DNA of 64,000 nucleotides, from the NCBI GenBank assembly GCA_001464585.1, contig LNFF01000031.1, forward strand, positions 67,148-131,147, in the 5' to 3' direction. Below the pieces are notes generated by a model. It was given only the letters and a program-made list of their open reading frames with translations. It ran no database searches and was not told where the DNA came from. This document shows, one piece after another, positions 39,228 through 49,713 of this stretch. This DNA comes from Gammaproteobacteria bacterium Ga0077554. Lineage in GTDB: Bacteria; Pseudomonadota; Gammaproteobacteria; Ga0077554; Ga007554. The translations under genes were made by a program, and so were the position numbers. Numbering within the stretch: the stretch's first letter is position 1; every line of letters begins with the position of its first letter.

Positions 39228-39662
39228 ATGCAAACAGATCCCCGTTTGGGCAGCTACCTGTCGCGCGCGCTCAGCCATGAAATGGCCGCCGTGCAACAGT
39301 ATTTACTGCAAGCCAAATTGACCAGCATGTGGGGCTTATCTGCCCAGAGCGCCCACTTTCGCCAGGATGTCAGCGGTGAGTTGGCACATGCTGAACGGCT
39401 GATGGAACGCATGTTGATTTTGGGTATTCCTTGTAATGCTACCCAATTACCTGCGGCCCGGCCCGGCAGGACGCTGGAGGAAATGCTGCACATTGATCGC
39501 CTTCTGGAAATTGAAGCGATTCGCCTTTATGAAGAGGCGGCGCTCTATTGTGGCAGACGCCAGGACGGTGAAACACAGGCCTTGATGCGCGCCATTATGG
39601 AAGATGAGTTAAGTCATCTCCAGGATCTTGATCAACAACTGTCAGCATTCCGCAAGGGGTAA
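39228..39662 (+). CDS. Carboxysome-associated bacterioferritin-like protein
   Basis: L.RALSHE.AAVQQY, E..HAE.L.ER, E..H; a usual neighbour of cso operons. Confidence 0.85.
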   Translation: MQTDPRLGSYLSRALSHEMAAVQQYLLQAKLTSMWGLSAQSAHFRQDVSGELAHAERLMERMLILGIPCNATQLPAARPGRTLEEMLHIDRLLEIEAIRLYEEAALYCGRRQDGETQALMRAIMEDELSHLQDLDQQLSAFRKG

Positions 39663-39666
39663 GATC

Positions 39667-39927
39667 ATGGCGCCAACCGACATAAAGACCACAGCACACA
39701 AGCCAGCATTACACTGGCGTTTTGATTTCGGCAGCTATGGTGAAGCACGGCGCTTCCTTGATCAACTCGCCGACTTGTCGAAGCGCGATAATTATTATCC
39801 CAATATTAATTTCGGCAAAACTTATGTCAATGTCAGCATTGACGCCGAAGGTCAAATGGAATTGGCCGAAAAAGAAGCCGCTTTCATCGATGAGATGAAA
39901 AAATACGCGGCACAAAGCCCGGCGTAA
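39667..39927 (+). CDS. Pterin-dehydratase-like RuBisCO assembly factor (acRAF-type)
   Basis: RFDF.SY...R.FLD.LADLS.....YPNI.FGKTYVNVSI. Confidence 0.85.
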   Translation: MAPTDIKTTAHKPALHWRFDFGSYGEARRFLDQLADLSKRDNYYPNINFGKTYVNVSIDAEGQMELAEKEAAFIDEMKKYAAQSPA

Positions 39928-39982
39928 TACGCGCCCCACATAGGTGGGGCACAGACAGGTCACCGAGGCGAATCGAGGCGAT

Positions 39983-40618
39983 ATGACTGACAGGGTAATC
40001 GCGGTAATCAACCAGAAAGGTGGCACTGGCAAAACCACGCTGGCACTCAATCTCGCCGCTGGTCTGGCGCGCCGCGCGGCCACAGCGATCGCCGACGCTG
40101 ATCCGCAGCGTTCTATCAGCCAATGGGTTGCGATGGGAGGGAATGAGGATGCATTGCCTCGTGTAACCCAGGTCGGCGACTCGGCAGCGGCGGCGATTTT
40201 CCACCTCAAGAAAAATCATCGCTACGTGGTGGTGGATTGCCCGCCCGCCGTGCAGGGCGCTGCCATTGAAGAGATCATGGCCTCAGCAGACCGGGTGTTA
40301 ATTCCGGTGTTGCCCTCGCCCCTCGATTTATGGGCAAGCGTGGAAATGGCGGCGCTGGTGAATGCGGCGCAGAAGAAAAATGGGGCATTGCAAGCCTGGC
40401 TGGTATTGAATCAGGTAGAAACGCGCAATGCCTTGTCGCGGGTCATGCAACAAGCGGTCGCTGAATTCGATGTGCCGCTACTGCAGGCAAGCATTCAACG
40501 GCGTGCGGCCTACCGTAGCGCCGCAGTCGAAGGTGTTAGCGTGTATGCGCTCGGCAGCCGTGGATTACAAGCGGTAGCGGATATCGAAGCAATTATTGAA
40601 GAGGTGTTACGTCAATGA
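39983..40618 (+). CDS. ParA-family ATPase, carboxysome positioning McdA-like
   Basis: NQKGGTGKTT deviant Walker A, DADPQ, VVDCPP; located in the cso locus. Confidence 0.88.
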   Translation: MTDRVIAVINQKGGTGKTTLALNLAAGLARRAATAIADADPQRSISQWVAMGGNEDALPRVTQVGDSAAAAIFHLKKNHRYVVVDCPPAVQGAAIEEIMASADRVLIPVLPSPLDLWASVEMAALVNAAQKKNGALQAWLVLNQVETRNALSRVMQQAVAEFDVPLLQASIQRRAAYRSAAVEGVSVYALGSRGLQAVADIEAIIEEVLRQ

Positions 40619-40860
40619 AAAAGAAACTGGAATCCAAGCTCGCGCAAGGCGTGCGCCAGGTTAAATCCCAAACTAAGCCACAGGTTCAATCACAGCACGA
40701 ACAAGAGCCCGAAGCAACGTCTGCCAACTTGGCAACGCCGCGCGCCGCGCAGGGACGCGCAAGTGTCGCGGGCGCAGGAGCGACCGCCGCGCAGCCGCCA
40801 GCGGCGAATCCAGTGACGCGTTCAGATGATCTGCACCCGCAGCGGGTCTGGCCCGATTAA
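40615..40860 (+). CDS. McdB-like carboxysome positioning partner
   Basis: Small low-complexity protein overlapping the parA stop; basic N-terminus; ends RVWPD. Confidence 0.78.
   Translation: MKKKLESKLAQGVRQVKSQTKPQVQSQHEQEPEATSANLATPRAAQGRASVAGAGATAAQPPAANPVTRSDDLHPQRVWPD
40746..40785 (+). mobile_element. Internally shortened type A mini-element in frame within the McdB-like gene
   Basis: cgcgcAGGGAcgcgcAAGTGTCgcgggcgcAGGAgcGACc, 9 nt shorter than type A. Confidence 0.75.
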
Positions 40861-40883
40861 ATTGCATTAAGAGGTTTGTAGAA

Positions 40884-41687
40884 ATGTCAGAAGGATTGGA
40901 ACAATACCGGGTTCGTAAAGAACCCTACTACCGTGCCGTGAGCGATGAGGTGGCATTGTACGAAGCCGCCTATTCGGTGCGTATGCCGATCATGCTAAAA
41001 GGCCCGACCGGGTGCGGCAAAACACGTTTCGTGGAATACATGGCGTGGAAACTTGGCAAGCCCTTGATCACTGTAGCGTGCAACGAAGACATGACCGCCT
41101 CTGATCTGGTGGGGCGTTTCCTGCTCGCTGCCAGTGGCACGCGCTGGCAGGATGGCCCGCTCGCACTGGCGGCACGGTATGGCGCGATCTGTTACCTGGA
41201 TGAAGTGGTGGAAGCGCGTCAGGACACTACGGTGGTGATTCATCCGCTCACGGATAATCGCCGTGTGTTGCCGCTGGAAAAAAAAGGCGAGCTGCTCAAC
41301 GCGCACGCCGATTTCCAGATTGTGATTTCGTATAACCCCGGCTATCAAAGCTTGATGAAAGACCTGAAGCAATCCACCAAACAACGCTTTGGCGCGCTGG
41401 ATTTTAATTACCCCGCGCACGATATCGAAACCGAAATCGTCGCCCACGAAACCGGCGTGAGCAGTGATGTCGCTGGCAAGCTGGTGAGCATCGCCGAACG
41501 TGCGCGTAATCTCAAAGGCCACGGTCTCGATGAAGGTATCTCGACGCGCATGTTGATCTATGCAGGTTCGCTGATCAACAAAGGTGTCGACCCTGTTGCG
41601 GCATGCCGCGTCACCCTGGTACGCCCCATTACTGATGACCCGGATATGCGCGATGCGCTGGATGCGGCTGTAACGACATTCTTTTAA
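40884..41687 (+). CDS. cbbQ: RuBisCO activase AAA+ subunit CbbQ
   Basis: [28 protein letters not shown]...[11 protein letters not shown]. Confidence 0.95.
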   Translation: MSEGLEQYRVRKEPYYRAVSDEVALYEAAYSVRMPIMLKGPTGCGKTRFVEYMAWKLGKPLITVACNEDMTASDLVGRFLLAASGTRWQDGPLALAARYGAICYLDEVVEARQDTTVVIHPLTDNRRVLPLEKKGELLNAHADFQIVISYNPGYQSLMKDLKQSTKQRFGALDFNYPAHDIETEIVAHETGVSSDVAGKLVSIAERARNLKGHGLDEGISTRMLIYAGSLINKGVDPVAACRVTLVRPITDDPDMRDALDAAVTTFF

Positions 41688-41707
41688 TCTGGCCATAGAT
41701 CAAGATA

Positions 41708-44053
41708 ATGGCGGTCGAACTCGAAAAATATCAGGACATCCTCGACGAACTTGGCGATCATGCGGGTGAAGTGCTGCGTGCCTCGTGGACCGAAGCGGCG
41801 CGGACCTTCACGCCGCGTGGCCTGGAAGCGTATCTGCAAGGTGCCGCCAGCCTGAAGTCTTTGGGTCGTGGCACGGATCTGGTAGTGAGCTTTATTCAAA
41901 GTGCCCCAGCGGTGGCGCACGAAATCGGCGAAGATGCTGTCAGTGATCTATTAAGCACCGCCATTAAGATGTATTCCAAGACCAGTGCCACGGTCATCTC
42001 CCTGATTTTCTCTTCCAGCCCGGTGGCTGCGGCGCGACTCGGTGATCTGGAATTATTTCGCGGTTATCTCCACCTCCTCGACACCTTAATGGCGCAAGCG
42101 CCGCGCGGCATACGCCCGATGCTGGATCAGCTCGGCACGCTGCTCGGACAATTGACGCTGGGCGGATTACGCCGCTGGGCGCTGTGGGGCGCGCACGCAC
42201 ATAAAACCGACTTCGATGCACAGCAACTTTATTTCAGCCTGCAAAGCCCGGAATCATTGGGCGTGCTGCAAAAAGAACGCAAAGGTACTTTATTCATTGA
42301 CGTACAGCGGCGCATCGGTATGTATTTGCGCGCGCTGTGGGCGCGCGATTTTTACATGCGCCCCACCAGTGGCGATTTTGAATCGCGCGAAGGTTATCGC
42401 CCCTACATCGAAGGCTTCATCATGCATTTGCCCGATGCTTATGATGATCACCCCCCAGGCGATGCCGGGGTAGAACAGCGTAGCGGACTGGAAGTATATC
42501 GCGCCGCTGCCGCACATGCCGCGTGCCATGTAGTTTACACCACCACACAGTTTGACAATGCAGGACTCTCCGCCTTGCAGATAGCACTGATCGGTCTGGT
42601 CGAAGATGCGCGGGTGGAGGCATTGGCCGTGCAGCGTTTCCCTGGCTTACAGCACATCTGGTTACCCTTACATACTGCAACGCCAGCAACCGGTGAATCA
42701 GCGGGCGCATTGATGGCGCGTCTGGCGCATGCCTGGCTGGATCCCGATTATCGTGACGATCACGCCTGGGTAACACTGGGTCGCCAATTATTTAACGAGC
42801 AACAGGCACAATTACAATCCACAGAAATATCGCGCGCGATTGGGCTGCAACTGAGCGCTGAACTATTAGAGATGGGGATAGTTTTTTCATCGGCAACCGA
42901 TGTGGCGGATATCCCCTATCGCGACGACAACCGCTATATGTGGGAGTTCGCTGATTTGCGCGAAGCGGGACAGGTCGTCGCAGGCGTGAATGTGCAGCAA
43001 GTACGTAAATATGCCAGCCTGATGGAAATGTTGAACACGCTGGACGTGCCTGGCGCGGGTGACGATGCCGGTGAAATCTGGGTGTTGCCTACGGAATTTT
43101 TCCACGACGAGGATCCGACGACCAGCATCAACCAGAAAGAAGGCCGCGAGCCACCGCCGCAACCTTATCATTACGCGGAATGGGATTACCAGATGCAACT
43201 GGAGCGACCCGATTGGTGTACCGTTCTCGAAAAACGTGCCCCGTCCGGCGATGTGGCGATCATCGAGGAGATCGTGGTCAAACACAAGCCGATTATCAGC
43301 CGCCTGAAATTCCTCATCGAAGGTATGCAGCCGCAAGGCGTACAGCGCATCCGCAAACAGGAAGATGGCGACGATATTGATTTGAATGCGGCGATTCGCG
43401 CCATGATCGAAATTCGCATGGGCGAGCAGCCCGATCCCCGTATCATGATGCGTAATGTGCGCAAGGTGCGTGACCTGTCGGTGCTATTGCTGATTGATCT
43501 CTCCGCATCCACCAATGACCCGGTGCGCGGTTCGGACAACACGGTGTTGCAACTGGCGCGTGAGGCGGCGGTGTTGCTGGCGGATGCGCTGAATAAAATC
43601 GGCGACCCGTTTGCCATTCACGGCTTCGACTCGAATGGCCGTCACGATATTGAGTATTTCCGTTTCAAGGATTTTGACGCGCCTTATGACGACAAGGCCA
43701 AAGCCCGGCTGGCGGGTATGCGCGGCGAACTCTCCACGCGCATGGGCGCGGCGATGCGTCATGCTGGCTCGTTCCTCAAGCGCCAGCCCAATCAGAAAAA
43801 ATTATTGCTGGTGGTGACCGATGGCGAACCGGCGGATAACGATGTACGCGATCCGCAGTATTTGCGCTTCGATGCCAAAAAATCCGTCGAAGAGTTGGCG
43901 CGCAATGGCATTACGACGTATTGCTTGAGCCTCGATCCCGGCGCTGACCAATATGTCTCGCGTATTTTCGGCGCGAAGAATTATATGGTGGTGGATCATG
44001 TGCAACGGCTGCCGGAAAAACTGCCGCTGCTCTATATGGGATTGACGCGATAA
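41708..44053 (+). CDS. cbbO: RuBisCO activase adaptor CbbO (vWA)
   Basis: Y.EWDY, DLSAS MIDAS motif, STRMGAAMRHA, TDGEPAD; follows cbbQ. Confidence 0.93.
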   Translation: MAVELEKYQDILDELGDHAGEVLRASWTEAARTFTPRGLEAYLQGAASLKSLGRGTDLVVSFIQSAPAVAHEIGEDAVSDLLSTAIKMYSKTSATVISLIFSSSPVAAARLGDLELFRGYLHLLDTLMAQAPRGIRPMLDQLGTLLGQLTLGGLRRWALWGAHAHKTDFDAQQLYFSLQSPESLGVLQKERKGTLFIDVQRRIGMYLRALWARDFYMRPTSGDFESREGYRPYIEGFIMHLPDAYDDHPPGDAGVEQRSGLEVYRAAAAHAACHVVYTTTQFDNAGLSALQIALIGLVEDARVEALAVQRFPGLQHIWLPLHTATPATGESAGALMARLAHAWLDPDYRDDHAWVTLGRQLFNEQQAQLQSTEISRAIGLQLSAELLEMGIVFSSATDVADIPYRDDNRYMWEFADLREAGQVVAGVNVQQVRKYASLMEMLNTLDVPGAGDDAGEIWVLPTEFFHDEDPTTSINQKEGREPPPQPYHYAEWDYQMQLERPDWCTVLEKRAPSGDVAIIEEIVVKHKPIISRLKFLIEGMQPQGVQRIRKQEDGDDIDLNAAIRAMIEIRMGEQPDPRIMMRNVRKVRDLSVLLLIDLSASTNDPVRGSDNTVLQLAREAAVLLADALNKIGDPFAIHGFDSNGRHDIEYFRFKDFDAPYDDKAKARLAGMRGELSTRMGAAMRHAGSFLKRQPNQKKLLLVVTDGEPADNDVRDPQYLRFDAKKSVEELARNGITTYCLSLDPGADQYVSRIFGAKNYMVVDHVQRLPEKLPLLYMGLTR

Positions 44054-44079
44054 ACTCTGCATTGCCTTAGGATTATAAG

Positions 44080-45033
44080 ATGCCTTTAATCAACATGAAC
44101 GATATGTTGCAGCACGCTTACCGTTACAACTATGCGGTTGGTGCATTTGGTGTTGCGGGCTGGGATATGCTGGGGGGTGTAGTGGAAGCGGCGGAAACCA
44201 TGCGCTCGCCTATCATTTTGAGTTTGTCAAAAGCCTATCCTGGCACGGAGAATATTGAACCACTGGCTCTGGCGGTAGTGAGTATGGCGCAGCGCGCCAG
44301 CATACCCATTGCATTTCAGGTGGAAGTGGAAGACGATCCCAACACCGTGGTGGAAGCCATCAAAACAGGTTGCGGCGGTGTGGTTTTTAATGCCTCTCAA
44401 CTCAACTTTCCTGACAATGTAGCGTTGACGAAGAAAGCGGTGGAATTGGCGGCGCCACGCGGTGTTATGGTGGTGGGCGAGCTGGCTAATCTCGACAATG
44501 GAGAAACGCCGGAATCAACAGCAGGCAGAGTGACCTCGCCCATCGAAGCCAAACATTATGTAGAACGCACCGGCGTCACTTGCCTGGCGGTATCCGTCAG
44601 CCGGATGGAGCGCGGCAGCGCTAAGCACGATTTCTCGCGTCTGGCGAAAATCAACCAGGCACTCAGTATCCCACTGGGTATTCATGGCGGCGGCGACCTG
44701 TCGGACGATCAATTCCGGCGCATGATCCAGTGCGGCGCGACTAAAATCAATTACAGCGCGCCACTGTTCGACGTGGTTGCAAAGCGCATTCGCCAGAATG
44801 CACGGACGCCCGACACTGGCTATGCAGAACTCGTGGAACAGACACGCGATGCGATTCGTATCGAGGTCGAACGCTGCATTCGCCTGTGGGGATGCGGTGG
44901 ACGGGCGGCGGAAGTTTTACAGCAAAGCCGTGCATGGCTACTCAATGCAACCAGCGAAACCGAAACAGCAGTGGGCGCTACGGCGCTGGGTGCCAGCAGC
45001 GCTTCATCCGTAGTTGCCAAGCGTCGTTTTTAG
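44080..45033 (+). CDS. Class II fructose-bisphosphate-aldolase-like protein with degenerate active site
   Basis: YAVGAF, SPIIL, T.P.EA..YVERTG...LAV, IHGG, G..KIN; the HLDH and G..HG motifs are absent. Confidence 0.75.
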   Translation: MPLINMNDMLQHAYRYNYAVGAFGVAGWDMLGGVVEAAETMRSPIILSLSKAYPGTENIEPLALAVVSMAQRASIPIAFQVEVEDDPNTVVEAIKTGCGGVVFNASQLNFPDNVALTKKAVELAAPRGVMVVGELANLDNGETPESTAGRVTSPIEAKHYVERTGVTCLAVSVSRMERGSAKHDFSRLAKINQALSIPLGIHGGGDLSDDQFRRMIQCGATKINYSAPLFDVVAKRIRQNARTPDTGYAELVEQTRDAIRIEVERCIRLWGCGGRAAEVLQQSRAWLLNATSETETAVGATALGASSASSVVAKRRF

Positions 45034-45058
45034 ATAGGACTTACGCAAAATTTAAATG

Positions 45059-45130
45059 CCCGTTCGTGGTGAGCCTGTCGAACCACTCGCCCCGCATCCA
45101 GATGCCCTTCGACAGGCTCAGGGCGAACGG
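45059..45130. repeat. REP-like palindromic element between convergent genes
   Basis: ccgttcgtggtgagcctgtcgaa ... ttcgacaggctcagggcgaacgg. Confidence 0.8.
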
Positions 45131-45151
45131 AGGTAGGGTGTTTTGCTAGAT

Positions 45152-47914
45152 TTAACCTAACCGACTCCGCACCCATTCCGGCACCGAGGCCAGCGCAGCA
45201 GCGAGCGCTGCCGGGTTATCGCCGCCGGCCTGTGCCATGTCAGGGCGACCACCGCCTTTGCCGCCCACTTGCAACGCCACGGCATTCACCAGATCACCCG
45301 CCTTGACTTGAGCCATGCAATCTTTGGTGACGCCCGCCACCAGGCTGACTTTTCCGTCTGCCACGGCGGCGAGGATAATCGCTGCTGAGCCGAGTTTGTT
45401 TTTGAGCTGATCCACAGTATCGCGCAAGGCTTTGGGGTCAACGCCCTCAAGCAACGCCGCCAGCACCTTGATGCCGCCGACATCCACCGCCTGCGTGGCA
45501 AAGTCACTGCCTTGGCTGCTGGCGATTTTGCCCTTGAGCTGTTCCAGTTCTTTTTCCAGTTTGCGGGTACGTTCCAGAAGCTGGCGCACCTTGTCGTCCA
45601 CCGCGTCACGGCTGGATTTGACCAGGTCGGCAATCACCAGCAGCCGCGTTTCGTCAGCGGCGATCCAGTCCAGCGCACGCTGGCCGGTGACGGCTTCGAT
45701 GCGCCGCACACCCGACGCGACGCCGGCTTCGGCGGTGATTTTGAACACGCCGATGTCACCAGCGCGTTGCACATGCGTGCCGCCACACAATTCCGTGGAA
45801 AATTCACCGATGCTCAACACCCGTACTTCGTCGCCGTATTTTTCACCGAACAGCGCCATCGCCCCCGCGCCCACCGCTTGGTCATAGGCCATGACGCGGG
45901 TCTGAGCCTCGCGGTTGACGCGAATCTGCTCGTTGACCAGGGTTTCGACCTCTTTGATCTGGGACGGCGTCATCGGCTCAAAATGTGAAAAATCAAAACG
46001 CAGACGCTGCGGATCAACCAGCGATCCTTTTTGTGTGACATGGGTACCCAGCACGCTACGTAGCGCGGCGTGCAGCAAGTGCGTCGCAGAGTGGTTGAGT
46101 GCGATGGCTTGGCGCGCCTCGGGGCGCACAGCGGCTTCCACCTTATCACCCACGCGCAGCACGCCCTTGGTGAGCGCGCCATTATGAATATGCACGCCCT
46201 CACCCTGCTTCTGGGTATCGCGCACCTCGAAGCTGGCCTGGGCGGTGCTGATGACGCCAACATCGCCCACTTGCCCGCCGGACTCGGCATAAAACGGCGT
46301 GCGATCCAGCACTATTTTGCCGGCTTGTGCAGCCTCAAGCATTGGCACGGCGCTGCCGTCTTCACGATACAGCGCGATGACGGTGGCGGTGTCCGCAAGT
46401 TGCGTGTAGCCGCTGAAATCCGTCTTGCCTTCTACGCCCATGAGGCGGCCACCATAGGCTATATCAAACTGGCTGGCGGCACGGGCGCGATCACGCTGCG
46501 CCGCCATTTCACGCTCAAACCCGGCCATATCGAGGCTCAGGCCACGCTCGCGGGCAATGTCACCAGTGAGGTCAACCGGAAAGCCGTAGGTGTCGTAGAG
46601 ACGGAATAGGGTGTCGCCAGGGATGACTTTGCCTTGAGTGACTACAATCGCCTGTCCGGTGATTGGTACCGTAACATTGGCTTGTACTGTGCCCTGTGAT
46701 GAGGTCATGCTTTGGCCAGTGATAGCCACTGTTACGTCGCTACTGGCACTCAGCGTGTCACTGGCTTGGATGATGTTGTCGTTACCGCTGAGTTTCGCTA
46801 TGTCCTGCTCCAGCATTTTCAGGCCATTTTCCAGCGTTTCGGCAAAGCGTTCTTCTTCGAGGCGCAGCATGCGTTCTACCTGTTCCTGGGCGCGCGTCAG
46901 CTCAGGGTAAGCGCTACCCATTTCAACCACCAGCGGCGCGACCAGCTTGTGGAAAAACGGTTCTTTGAAGCCCAGCTTATGACCATGCCGAATCGCACGG
47001 CGGATGATGCGCCGCAGCACATAGCCACGCCCTTCGTTGGAGGGCATTACGCCATCGGTGATCAAAAACGCACTGGCGCGGATGTGATCCGCCACAACTT
47101 TCAGTGAATTTCCAGAAATATCATCGATATTCGCCAATTTTGCGATGGCGCGGATCAGGTTGCCAAACAGGTCTATATCATAATTGCTATGCACTTTCTG
47201 CATCACCGCCGCGAGGCGCTCCAGCCCCATGCCGGTATCAACTGAGGGCTTGGGCAACGGCGTCAGCGTGCCATCAGGCGCGCGGTTATACTGCATGAAT
47301 ACCAGGTTCCAGATTTCGACGTAGCGGTCACCATCGCCCTCAGGCGTGCCGGGCGGGCCGCCGGCAATCGCCGGGCCGTGGTCATAAAATATTTCGGAAC
47401 ACGGGCCGCAGGGGCCGGTATCACCCATCGCCCAGAAATTATCATGTGCGCCGATGCGCGAAAAACGCTGCGGACTGACCTTGATCTCGTTAAGCCAGAT
47501 GTCGGCAGCTTCCTGGTCTTCTTCAAACACCGTGATCCACAACCGCTCCGGCGGCAGCTTTAACACCTGGGTGAGAAATTCCCAGCCGTAACGGATCGCA
47601 TCACGCTTGAAGTAATCACCAAAACTGAAGTTGCCGAGCATTTCAAAAAAAGTGTGGTGGCGCGCCGTGTAACCGACATTTTCCAAATCATTGTGTTTGC
47701 CACCGGCACGCACGCAGCGCTGCGAACTCACCGCACGCACGTAAGGGCGCTGCTCCAGCCCGAGGAACACGTCTTTAAATTGCACCATGCCAGCATTGGT
47801 AAACAACAGTGTGGCGTCATTGGACGGCACCAGGGAACTGCTGGGCACGATAGTGTGGCCATGTCCACGAAAAAATTCGAGGAAGGTATTGCGGAGTTCG
47901 GCACTGGTCATCAT
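45152..47914 (-). CDS. alaS: Alanine--tRNA ligase with ~50-aa insertion
   Basis: [50 protein letters not shown]. Start at 47914 or 47911. Confidence 0.97.
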   Translation of the reverse strand: MMTSAELRNTFLEFFRGHGHTIVPSSSLVPSNDATLLFTNAGMVQFKDVFLGLEQRPYVRAVSSQRCVRAGGKHNDLENVGYTARHHTFFEMLGNFSFGDYFKRDAIRYGWEFLTQVLKLPPERLWITVFEEDQEAADIWLNEIKVSPQRFSRIGAHDNFWAMGDTGPCGPCSEIFYDHGPAIAGGPPGTPEGDGDRYVEIWNLVFMQYNRAPDGTLTPLPKPSVDTGMGLERLAAVMQKVHSNYDIDLFGNLIRAIAKLANIDDISGNSLKVVADHIRASAFLITDGVMPSNEGRGYVLRRIIRRAIRHGHKLGFKEPFFHKLVAPLVVEMGSAYPELTRAQEQVERMLRLEEERFAETLENGLKMLEQDIAKLSGNDNIIQASDTLSASSDVTVAITGQSMTSSQGTVQANVTVPITGQAIVVTQGKVIPGDTLFRLYDTYGFPVDLTGDIARERGLSLDMAGFEREMAAQRDRARAASQFDIAYGGRLMGVEGKTDFSGYTQLADTATVIALYREDGSAVPMLEAAQAGKIVLDRTPFYAESGGQVGDVGVISTAQASFEVRDTQKQGEGVHIHNGALTKGVLRVGDKVEAAVRPEARQAIALNHSATHLLHAALRSVLGTHVTQKGSLVDPQRLRFDFSHFEPMTPSQIKEVETLVNEQIRVNREAQTRVMAYDQAVGAGAMALFGEKYGDEVRVLSIGEFSTELCGGTHVQRAGDIGVFKITAEAGVASGVRRIEAVTGQRALDWIAADETRLLVIADLVKSSRDAVDDKVRQLLERTRKLEKELEQLKGKIASSQGSDFATQAVDVGGIKVLAALLEGVDPKALRDTVDQLKNKLGSAAIILAAVADGKVSLVAGVTKDCMAQVKAGDLVNAVALQVGGKGGGRPDMAQAGGDNPAALAAALASVPEWVRSRLG

Positions 47915-47948
47915 TTTCACTTCATCACTCTGCCGCTTGGCGGCGTTA

Positions 47949-48452
47949 TCATTCATCACCCCCACGCGACTTGAAAGCCGCGCGGATTTGCTCCGAGGTA
48001 AATCCCCGGTATTGCAAAAATCGCATTTGTTTGGCGCGCTCATCAATAGTGCTCGGCAGGCTCGCGCCAAAGCGCTTGTGTCGCACTTCTTTAATTTTGT
48101 CATGCCACTGCGGGTCGTTTACATCCACAGCGGCGCTGACCAAGTCATCACTCACACCGTGTTCGCGCAATTCGGCCTGGATGCGCAGCGGTCCCTGACC
48201 TTTGCTGATGCGTGAATGCACCAGCATTTCCACAAAGCGTTCATCACTGAGCAGCCGCTCCTCTTGCAAAGCAGCCAGGGCTTGATCGACGGCAGCGCCC
48301 TCCATGCCACGCACTTTCAACTTGCGCTTCAGTTCGCGGGTGGAGTGCTCGCGCCGCGCCAACAGATTCATGGCGGTGCGGCGCGGCTGGCCTGGATCTC
48401 CTGCTGGAGATTGGCCAGCTTCAGTAGCAGATCGGGAACGGCGGCCGTTCAC
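47949..48452 (-). CDS. recX: Regulatory protein RecX
   Basis: [28 protein letters not shown]; follows recA. Confidence 0.92.
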   Translation of the reverse strand: MNGRRSRSATEAGQSPAGDPGQPRRTAMNLLARREHSTRELKRKLKVRGMEGAAVDQALAALQEERLLSDERFVEMLVHSRISKGQGPLRIQAELREHGVSDDLVSAAVDVNDPQWHDKIKEVRHKRFGASLPSTIDERAKQMRFLQYRGFTSEQIRAAFKSRGGDE

Positions 48453-48462
48453 GGCATCAAGC

Positions 48463-49488
48463 TCAAGCGTCGAGCTTCTCGGGTTCGGCGCTGACGGTTT
48501 TGGTCAGCAGCTTGGCGCGGATTTTATCTTCGATGCTGCGTGCAAGCGCGGGATGCTCTTTCAGGTAAATACGCGCATTGTCCTTACCCTGGCCGATGCG
48601 CTCACCTTCACAGCTATACCAGGCGCCGGATTTTTCAACGAAGCCGTGTGTTACGCCCAGCTCCACCAGCTCACCTTGCAGTGAAATGCCTTCGCCATAA
48701 AGAATTTCGAAGCAGGCTTCCTTGAACGGCGGCGCTACTTTATTTTTCACCACTTTAACACGGGTTTCACTGCCCACCACCTCGTCACCACGCTTGATGG
48801 CGCCGGTGCGGCGGATGTCCAGACGCACCGAGGCGTAGAATTTAAGCGCATTACCGCCGGTGGTAGTTTCGGGGCTGCCAAACATCACGCCAATCTTCAT
48901 GCGGATCTGGTTGATGAAGATCACCATGGTATTGGAGCGATTGATGTTGGCGGTGAGTTTGCGCAACGCCTGCGACATCAGGCGCGCCTGCAAGCCCATG
49001 TGCGAATCACCCATCTCGCCTTCGATTTCAGCCTTGGGGGTAAGTGCCGCCACCGAGTCGATGACAACCACATCTACTGCGCCGGAGCGCACCAGCATAT
49101 CGGCAATTTCCAGCGCCTGTTCGCCGGTATCCGGCTGCGACACCAGCAGGTCGTCGACATTGACACCCAGCTTTTTCGCATAGGTGGGATCGAGCGCATG
49201 CTCGGCGTCGACAAACGCCGCCGTGCCGCCCAGTTTCTGCGCTTCCGCAATCACTTGCAGGGTGAGCGTGGTTTTACCGGACGATTCCGGGCCGTAGATT
49301 TCGACAATGCGGCCGCGCGGCAAACCGCCGATACCCAGCGCAATATCCAGTCCCAACGAACCGGTGGAAATCACGCCAATATCGCGCGCCACACCGCCAT
49401 CGCCCATACGCATCACCGAGCCTTTACCAAACTGCTTTTCAATCTGGCTCAGCGCTGCACTGAGCGCCTTGCGCTTATTGTCATCCAT
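48463..49488 (-). CDS. recA: Recombinase RecA
   Basis: [39 protein letters not shown]. Confidence 0.99.
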   Translation of the reverse strand: MDDNKRKALSAALSQIEKQFGKGSVMRMGDGGVARDIGVISTGSLGLDIALGIGGLPRGRIVEIYGPESSGKTTLTLQVIAEAQKLGGTAAFVDAEHALDPTYAKKLGVNVDDLLVSQPDTGEQALEIADMLVRSGAVDVVVIDSVAALTPKAEIEGEMGDSHMGLQARLMSQALRKLTANINRSNTMVIFINQIRMKIGVMFGSPETTTGGNALKFYASVRLDIRRTGAIKRGDEVVGSETRVKVVKNKVAPPFKEACFEILYGEGISLQGELVELGVTHGFVEKSGAWYSCEGERIGQGKDNARIYLKEHPALARSIEDKIRAKLLTKTVSAEPEKLDA

Positions 49489-49713
49489 TGTATTTACCCG
49501 CCGCCTTACTTAATCTGCTGTCTATTTAACCTGAATCGCCCACTGCCCTACTATATACTGTTAACTTAGCCCGCACAGATAAACAGAGGGGGGCGGAAGC
49601 TAACAGCCGAGTCTCCGCCCATTATTTCATAAACAAGGGGGGTGGCCTAGCCCCTAAAACCGTGTAGGCTATGATTTTAACCATTTTCGACGTAACCCAA
49701 GGAAACTCCCGAC

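Noticed and set aside
49518..49533. LexA box upstream of recA (ctgtctatttaacctg)
   Set aside because: The right half-site is CCTG rather than ACAG; too weak to call.
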